A stretch of DNA of 64,000 bases from a virus. A program made the position numbers and the translations under genes. Location: positions 21,759-85,758 of the IMG/VR virus record IMGVR_UViG_3300009788_000005; one strand, written 5' to 3'. How positions within the stretch are numbered: the stretch's first letter is position 1; the number at the start of each line of letters is the position of its first letter. The notes under the pieces are model-generated. The model had not been told where the DNA came from, did not search any database, and saw only the letters and a program-made list of their open reading frames with translations. Below are positions 59,684 through 64,000 of this stretch, piece after piece.

Positions 59684-59785
59684 GAGATAGGACAGGATTC
59701 GAACCTGCATGATATGCGTTGTTAACCTCCCTGTGCATACCTGAAAGGGCAACCACTTCAGCGTCTAACATTCCGCCACCTATCT
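59684..59785 (-). ncRNA. Leu-scaffold tRNA-like RNA with non-canonical anticodon arm
   Basis: AGATAGG/CCTATCT acceptor, TGGCGGAATGTTAGACGC D-arm, GCAGG-TTCGAAT-CCTGT T-arm, 9-nt anticodon loop, long variable arm. Confidence 0.7.
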
Positions 59786-59801
59786 ACCAATATACTTTTA
59801 A

Positions 59802-59969
59802 TATCAACCTAATGAAGTGGGAGATAAACAGTCTCCGTCCTTACCCGTGCCTTGCGTATATTTTAGGGATATAATTATGATGCATGTAGACCCCGAAAGA
59901 TCTTCTTTAGCATATGAGCCTTGGCTGAGGTTTTTCACCTGCCCTAACAGCACTCCTATTAGATTGATA
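59802..59969 (-). ncRNA. Candidate 168-nt multibranch structured RNA
   Basis: About 18-bp closing helix with G.U pairs only on the minus strand, enclosing 3-4 hairpins including a TTCG loop. Confidence 0.5.
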
Positions 59970-60115
59970 CTCTAACAATCAACATTTCAAAGATCAAAAA
60001 GTTACCGGTACTTTCCCCGGCAGTCAGACAATGGATATCATTTCTACTATTTTTAGCACCTGCTTATTCCTCATATTCACCTTATCCATCGGGCTAAGCC
60101 CATCATCTCTTTACC

Positions 60116-60277
60116 TCAGGGTTGCTCAGCACCCCTATTAATTGGTCGTTCAACGTCCTTTTTATTTCCTAATGATAAAGACTTTGCTAAAGATTCTACT
60201 ACATCCCTCATACTAGTCTTTACAGTATTTGTGTAGGGTCTTCTAACCTCACAGCTTTGCTTCCTAATCTTATCCAT
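60116..60277 (-). CDS. 53-aa putative leaderless ORF (not in ORF track)
   Basis: TATATTTG-GGT-ATG; MDKIRKQSCEV...RGAEQP*. Confidence 0.4.
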   Translation of the reverse strand: MDKIRKQSCEVRRPYTNTVKTSMRDVVESLAKSLSLGNKKDVERPINRGAEQP

Positions 60278-60324
60278 ACCCAAATATACCTATTCATAAT
60301 GACAATGCAAACACTGTAAAAATT

Positions 60325-60558
60325 TTACAGATCTGGTATGTAGCAACATCCCGGAGTACCTATCTCAAAAGGTATACTGTAATAAATCATAACTCCTACT
60401 GCGGGTACTTTACTAATAGCCAAAAATGCTTCCTTTACCGTATTAAAATCTTCATCTGAAACTATCAGTTTTATAGGATCTTTATTATACTTAACCTTAT
60501 AAATTTCTATAGTACTAGTCAGTATATCACATACCTTAAATGCCTCTTCTTTTGTCAT
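60325..60558 (-). CDS. Hypothetical protein
   Basis: 77 aa; stop supplied by the palindrome. Confidence 0.55.
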   Translation of the reverse strand: MTKEEAFKVCDILTSTIEIYKVKYNKDPIKLIVSDEDFNTVKEAFLAISKVPAVGVMIYYSIPFEIGTPGCCYIPDL

Positions 60559-60959
60559 AAGTCATATAATTTCTTTTTCTTCTTATACCTTCTACGTTTC
60601 TTAGTACTCTTACCTGGAGAATTATCATACCCCCTCTTATCCCAATATAGCGTTACTGTTTTCCTAACCCTAACCGCCAATACTACACACTCTAACTCAT
60701 TAGCGGAGTAGTATTGTCTCCATACCTTACCATCTAATTCTCTGTACCCCTTATCAATATCAGTACGAACATTAAATAAGTAACCTAAGTGCTTACGTCC
60801 CGGATGATCAGCTATACGTATACTGCCTAACCTAGCATCCTTAAACCGTATGTATTGACTACCGTTAACATGCCTAGTTCTATGCCATAAGTAAGGCTCA
60901 TACCCGCATTCCTTCAACTCTTTTGTAAGCCACTTCCTTATATTATTAATCGATCTCAC
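60555..60959 (-). CDS. Hypothetical protein with SxY...IRIADH motif
   Basis: GSQYIRF...SIRIADHPG. Confidence 0.6.
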   Translation of the reverse strand: MRSINNIRKWLTKELKECGYEPYLWHRTRHVNGSQYIRFKDARLGSIRIADHPGRKHLGYLFNVRTDIDKGYRELDGKVWRQYYSANELECVVLAVRVRKTVTLYWDKRGYDNSPGKSTKKRRRYKKKKKLYDL

Positions 60960-61171
60960 ACCTTACCCTCTAACCTGTTATATGAGTCTATGATGTAATC
61001 TATGTCATCCTGGTTTTTACATTTCTTCAATCTTCTATCAACTACATCAACAGTAGACCGTATCCAAAAATATATATAATCCCTTCTTCCCCCTTCTCTA
61101 TATATAGTTAATACGAAGGGAGGCTTACCCTCCTGTATATTTCTAGGGGATGCATCTACGGTCGTTCTCAT
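60956..61171 (-). CDS. Hypothetical protein
   Basis: 71 aa, coupled to neighbours. Confidence 0.55.
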   Translation of the reverse strand: MRTTVDASPRNIQEGKPPFVLTIYREGGRRDYIYFWIRSTVDVVDRRLKKCKNQDDIDYIIDSYNRLEGKV

Positions 61172-61172
61172 A

Positions 61173-61475
61173 TTAAGTACAATTTAAATTATTTCTTATC
61201 CATGAGGCATAAGAATCTGCTTTAGTATCTATAGCAGTATCTAATAAGTCATCAGCTATATGATTAGGGTTTACATTACCTGGAAATTCTTTAGCTATTC
61301 TCTTCCATTTTTGATCTATAGATAAGGCCATATCAGGGAATTTATCCGCGTCCTGCTTTACTACCTTAGATAACTCACTTAAAAATATATCCTTTATAGT
61401 AGTTAAGACCAAAGTAAATAATTCAGACTCAGGGGAAAATTTCTTTAGTAATTCTATTGCTTCGTAACTCAACAT
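61173..61475 (-). CDS. Hypothetical protein
   Basis: 100 aa; palindrome 3 nt before ATG. Confidence 0.6.
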   Translation of the reverse strand: MLSYEAIELLKKFSPESELFTLVLTTIKDIFLSELSKVVKQDADKFPDMALSIDQKWKRIAKEFPGNVNPNHIADDLLDTAIDTKADSYASWIRNNLNCT

Positions 61476-61498
61476 ATCTGTAAAATTTTTACACGTTA

Positions 61499-61726
61499 TT
61501 ACCCAAACGATTTCCTAGCATCTATCTCATTATCAAATAATCTACATCCCCAGGTTCTAGGATTTTCTATCTGATAATCCTCAGTATCTAATGTTACCCT
61601 AGGATGTAATACACATGCATCATAAAATGACGTTGCTACCTGCTCACCTATCTTGAAAGCCTTACCTCTAGCTCCCTGTACTACATACCCCTCTGACCAT
61701 ATCTCATATAACTGTATAGTTCTCAT
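61499..61726 (-). CDS. Conserved-looking small phage protein
   Basis: EIWSEGY...WGCRLFDNEIDARKSFG. Confidence 0.65.
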   Translation of the reverse strand: MRTIQLYEIWSEGYVVQGARGKAFKIGEQVATSFYDACVLHPRVTLDTEDYQIENPRTWGCRLFDNEIDARKSFG

Positions 61727-61739
61727 ACCTGTAAAATTT

Positions 61740-62039
61740 TTACACCCTACCCATCAAAAGACTAACCGTTTTTGCTGCTATCTTTATACACTGCTCAAGG
61801 TCCACAGACCCGGTAGTAAATATATCAAGTTCATAATCCTTTATATCAAAACCATCAGTATTACCTACCCAGGCCAAATATAAGTCTGATACAATATCTA
61901 CCGAATATCCATTAAATGTAACCATACCTATACCTTCCTCTAAAGTTGATTTGATTGTTATCACAGCCTTACCGTGAGTCCAATTCTTAACCAGTCTGTA
62001 GCAATCTCCTTCGAATGATAATGTAGTAAATAGATCCAT
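61740..62039 (-). CDS. Hypothetical protein (paralog of 62478-62783)
   Basis: Shared Y.L.K.W, NG, DI.DY, AKTVSL. Confidence 0.65.
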   Translation of the reverse strand: MDLFTTLSFEGDCYRLVKNWTHGKAVITIKSTLEEGIGMVTFNGYSVDIVSDLYLAWVGNTDGFDIKDYELDIFTTGSVDLEQCIKIAAKTVSLLMGRV

Positions 62040-62046
62040 GATTATT

Positions 62047-62235
62047 TTATATGGGATTCTTAAAATTTACTTCAACAATCAAATATCTAGTTTCGCTGTA
62101 ACCCCATACCTCCTTTACGTGATTGCCTTGCCTGTCTATTATAGGATTATTTTCACCGTGGTCTGAATAAATTTGTATTCCAAATTCCAATTTTGAATTT
62201 TCTTTTCTGCGAAATTTTACCGTATTAACATTCAT
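62047..62235 (-). CDS. Hypothetical protein
   Basis: 62 aa ORF. Confidence 0.5.
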   Translation of the reverse strand: MNVNTVKFRRKENSKLEFGIQIYSDHGENNPIIDRQGNHVKEVWGYSETRYLIVEVNFKNPI

Positions 62236-62263
62236 GATCTTTATATAATTAAGGTTAAAATAA

Positions 62264-62473
62264 TTATTGTGTTTCTTTAATTCTTCTCACCATCTGATCT
62301 CTATCAGCACCTAACCCCGGCTGATTTATATCTGTAGATGAAATATATTCTACCTTTAAACCTCTAGCACTCATTATACTAACCAGATTACATCTACGAA
62401 GTATCCTAAGTTCCTCATCGGTAAAAACTAAACTTGAATCAGTCTCTAACTGTAATTGGGTAAATCTTCTCAT
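62264..62473 (-). CDS. Hypothetical protein
   Basis: 69 aa ORF. Confidence 0.5.
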   Translation of the reverse strand: MRRFTQLQLETDSSLVFTDEELRILRRCNLVSIMSARGLKVEYISSTDINQPGLGADRDQMVRRIKETQ

Positions 62474-62477
62474 AATA

Positions 62478-62783
62478 TTAAGCTACTATCAAACTAACCG
62501 TCTTAGCTACAATCCTAACTATAGTCTCATCTATAATAGATCCCTTAACATTCGACGTAATATTATAATCATAAATATCTGTACCACATGTGTTATTATC
62601 ATCCCAAATACCTTGTATATCTTTATCATGTGTAAAAGAAACACCACTACCATTAACTATAAACTCACCACTACCAGAATCTATAGCTTCAATAGTTATA
62701 GTTAAATTATCCCCGTTATCCCATTTCTTTATTAAGGTGTATACTCCCGTGGAGCTTCTATTTAAGTACGTCAAGATATTCAT
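62478..62783 (-). CDS. Hypothetical protein (paralog of 61740-62039)
   Basis: Shares motifs with 61740-62039; promoter-like TACCTTTA upstream. Confidence 0.65.
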   Translation of the reverse strand: MNILTYLNRSSTGVYTLIKKWDNGDNLTITIEAIDSGSGEFIVNGSGVSFTHDKDIQGIWDDNNTCGTDIYDYNITSNVKGSIIDETIVRIVAKTVSLIVA

Positions 62784-62847
62784 AACAATTTAATTAAGGT
62801 TAATAATAATTACTATTAAAGGTAAGGTTTATTATCTTAATATCAAA

Positions 62848-63174
62848 TTACCTCCCGCACTGCTTTAAGCTATCCTGCAATGCACCTATCCTACCCCTAA
62901 GTTGATCCTCCATATAATCCCTATTCTCATTAGCCGTAACAACCCTCTTACCACATGCCTCAATCTCTGCCTCAAGATTTCTAATCTTCCTTAAAGCATC
63001 CTGCAAATCCTGATAGGTATTAGGAGGATTTGCATGTTGATGGGACTCCATCTCCTGACACATCATCACATGATGTACAGCCGACTTAGCTATAGATTCC
63101 CTGTCCTCTTCAGAGATATAAGGATAGTCCTCTAACAGTTCCCTTATTCCTTCTTCATATATATCTTCACTCAT
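62848..63174 (-). CDS. Coiled-coil hypothetical protein
   Basis: 108 aa ORF. Confidence 0.6.
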   Translation of the reverse strand: MSEDIYEEGIRELLEDYPYISEEDRESIAKSAVHHVMMCQEMESHQHANPPNTYQDLQDALRKIRNLEAEIEACGKRVVTANENRDYMEDQLRGRIGALQDSLKQCGR

Positions 63175-63201
63175 AATCTTGTAAAGTTAATTATTTATAT
63201 A

Positions 63202-63528
63202 TTACACCCCTCTATAAACTTTATCATACTTCACTCTACTTTCATCATACCAATCCCGTAACCTATCCCTATCATAAGCTACTATAAAAGAATTAACTAA
63301 ATCTACTACCTCCCTCTTACTCCTAACAAAAAATTTAGGGGTGAGATGATTACCTAACATACCTATATTTAATACAGGTAAACTAACCTTATAACCTTTA
63401 TGATCGCCCCTAGAATAGGGTGTTTGATTTACATCTATACGCCCCTCCTCAAACTGAAATACCTGCCAGCAATCATAATTTAATCTAGTAGCATTAAGAC
63501 GATTGATATTTAATCCGGGTAAGTTCAT
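63202..63528 (-). CDS. Hypothetical protein
   Basis: 108 aa ORF. Confidence 0.6.
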   Translation of the reverse strand: MNLPGLNINRLNATRLNYDCWQVFQFEEGRIDVNQTPYSRGDHKGYKVSLPVLNIGMLGNHLTPKFFVRSKREVVDLVNSFIVAYDRDRLRDWYDESRVKYDKVYRGV

Positions 63529-63530
63529 TA

Positions 63531-63770
63531 CTAATATTCTCCTCTTATAATCCTGATTATATCTTTAGATGATACTATTACCGATCTCTCCCTAACTATC
63601 TTCTGTAAGTACCTGGGTACATCATAATGGGGAAGTCTGGGCTTATAGTGATAATGACAGTACTTAATTCCCAACAGTCTAGATACCTTATGTAGACCCT
63701 CTATAGAGAAAGAGTGGCATACTAGATGCACTCCATCATAGTAGGGCTGAGGGAGGATATTTACTACCAC
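63531..63770 (-). CDS. DUF4031-like protein
   Basis: HLV...LH...LGI...PHYDV. Confidence 0.65.
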   Translation of the reverse strand: MVVNILPQPYYDGVHLVCHSFSIEGLHKVSRLLGIKYCHYHYKPRLPHYDVPRYLQKIVRERSVIVSSKDIIRIIRGEY

Positions 63771-64000
63771 CCTCCCGAATCTAGATAGGCTCCATGATCA
63801 TTAACCTGTCCTGCATCTTTATTATCAAGATCACTAACATTTTTTATTAAGGATTCCGAATCTGTATCCCCAGTAGTATAGTATATACTATCATCCATGC
63901 CTACCAAAGATAACCCCGTATCTTATTCTCAATCTCTTGTTGTGTTCTTTCGTATTTCATAACCTTAATTATTTACAATCTCCTTCAAATTTACATGCAA

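Larger units (their letters stand above)
987..61744. repeat. Dispersed 15-bp palindrome TGTAAAA(A/T)TTTTACA, 33 copies
   Basis: Starts at 987, 2621, 6205, 9084, 10452, 12534*, 15135, 18769, 20358*, 21947, 25091*, 27724, 31131, 32330*, 33865, 36753, 38438, 39147, 39376, 42427, 42796, 47419, 49771, 50563, 53169, 53780, 55046, 56807, 58389, 59017, 60315, 61479, 61730 (* = one mismatch); counted by eye. Confidence 0.97.

Noticed and set aside
987-61744. Palindrome as CRISPR repeat, MITE or intrinsic terminator
   Set aside because: Copies are kilobases apart with genes between them, only 15 bp long, with no target duplications, no GC stem and no strand-specific U tail; real terminators here look different
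987-61744. Palindrome as a TyrR box or canonical parS
   Set aside because: TyrR boxes are TGTAAA-N6-TTTACA (here N3) and canonical parS is TGTTTCACGTGAAACA; neither matches
3129-62793. Plus-strand ORFs in the track other than 42512-42790, and minus-strand 18727-18972
   Set aside because: They are antisense or out-of-frame shadows of well-supported genes, with low-complexity L/S/I/P translations and no promoters
1-64000. Stop-codon reassignment
   Set aside because: Long genes are intact in the standard code, TAG/TGA/TAA all end genes at tight junctions, and no suppressor tRNA is seen
1-64000. Prophage/lysogeny module or diversity-generating retroelement
   Set aside because: No integrase, CI/Cro pair, host flanks, reverse transcriptase or TR/VR repeat pair seen in this window

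Overview
This is a 64 kb slice of a large, AT-rich tailed dsDNA phage genome, probably a siphovirus. Its host is likely a Bacteroidota member, judging from TAnnTTTG/TTTG promoters and a T9SS-cargo gene. Nearly all genes lie on the minus strand. Layout: replication and recombination (SbcD-like nuclease, PolA, SF2 helicase, primase, DnaB, a lone ParB-CTPase/HTH protein) at 1-14.5 kb; head and tail genes (portal, capsid, S49 protease/scaffold, tape measure, frameshifting tail chaperone) at 15-36 kb; RNase H, methylase and wHTH genes, TerL, a PAS + holin-like pair and fibre-like genes at 36-50 kb; small early-type genes and a tRNA/ncRNA island at 50-64 kb. No integrase or CRISPR array is seen. The most striking unexplained structure is a 15-bp palindrome, TGTAAAA(A/T)TTTTACA. 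I counted 33 copies by eye (29 exact), with no gap larger than about 4.6 kb. Copies sit at gene junctions, next to promoters, inside stop codons and inside coding sequence. The phage also encodes a ParB-family clamp with no ParA in the window, so a ParB/Noc-like genome-coating or global-regulator system is the leading hypothesis. The second highlight is an RNA island at 58.4-60.3 kb containing a tRNA(CAU), two aberrant tRNA-like RNAs, other folded segments and boxA/boxB-like signals. All functional calls come from motif recognition by eye; no database search was run.
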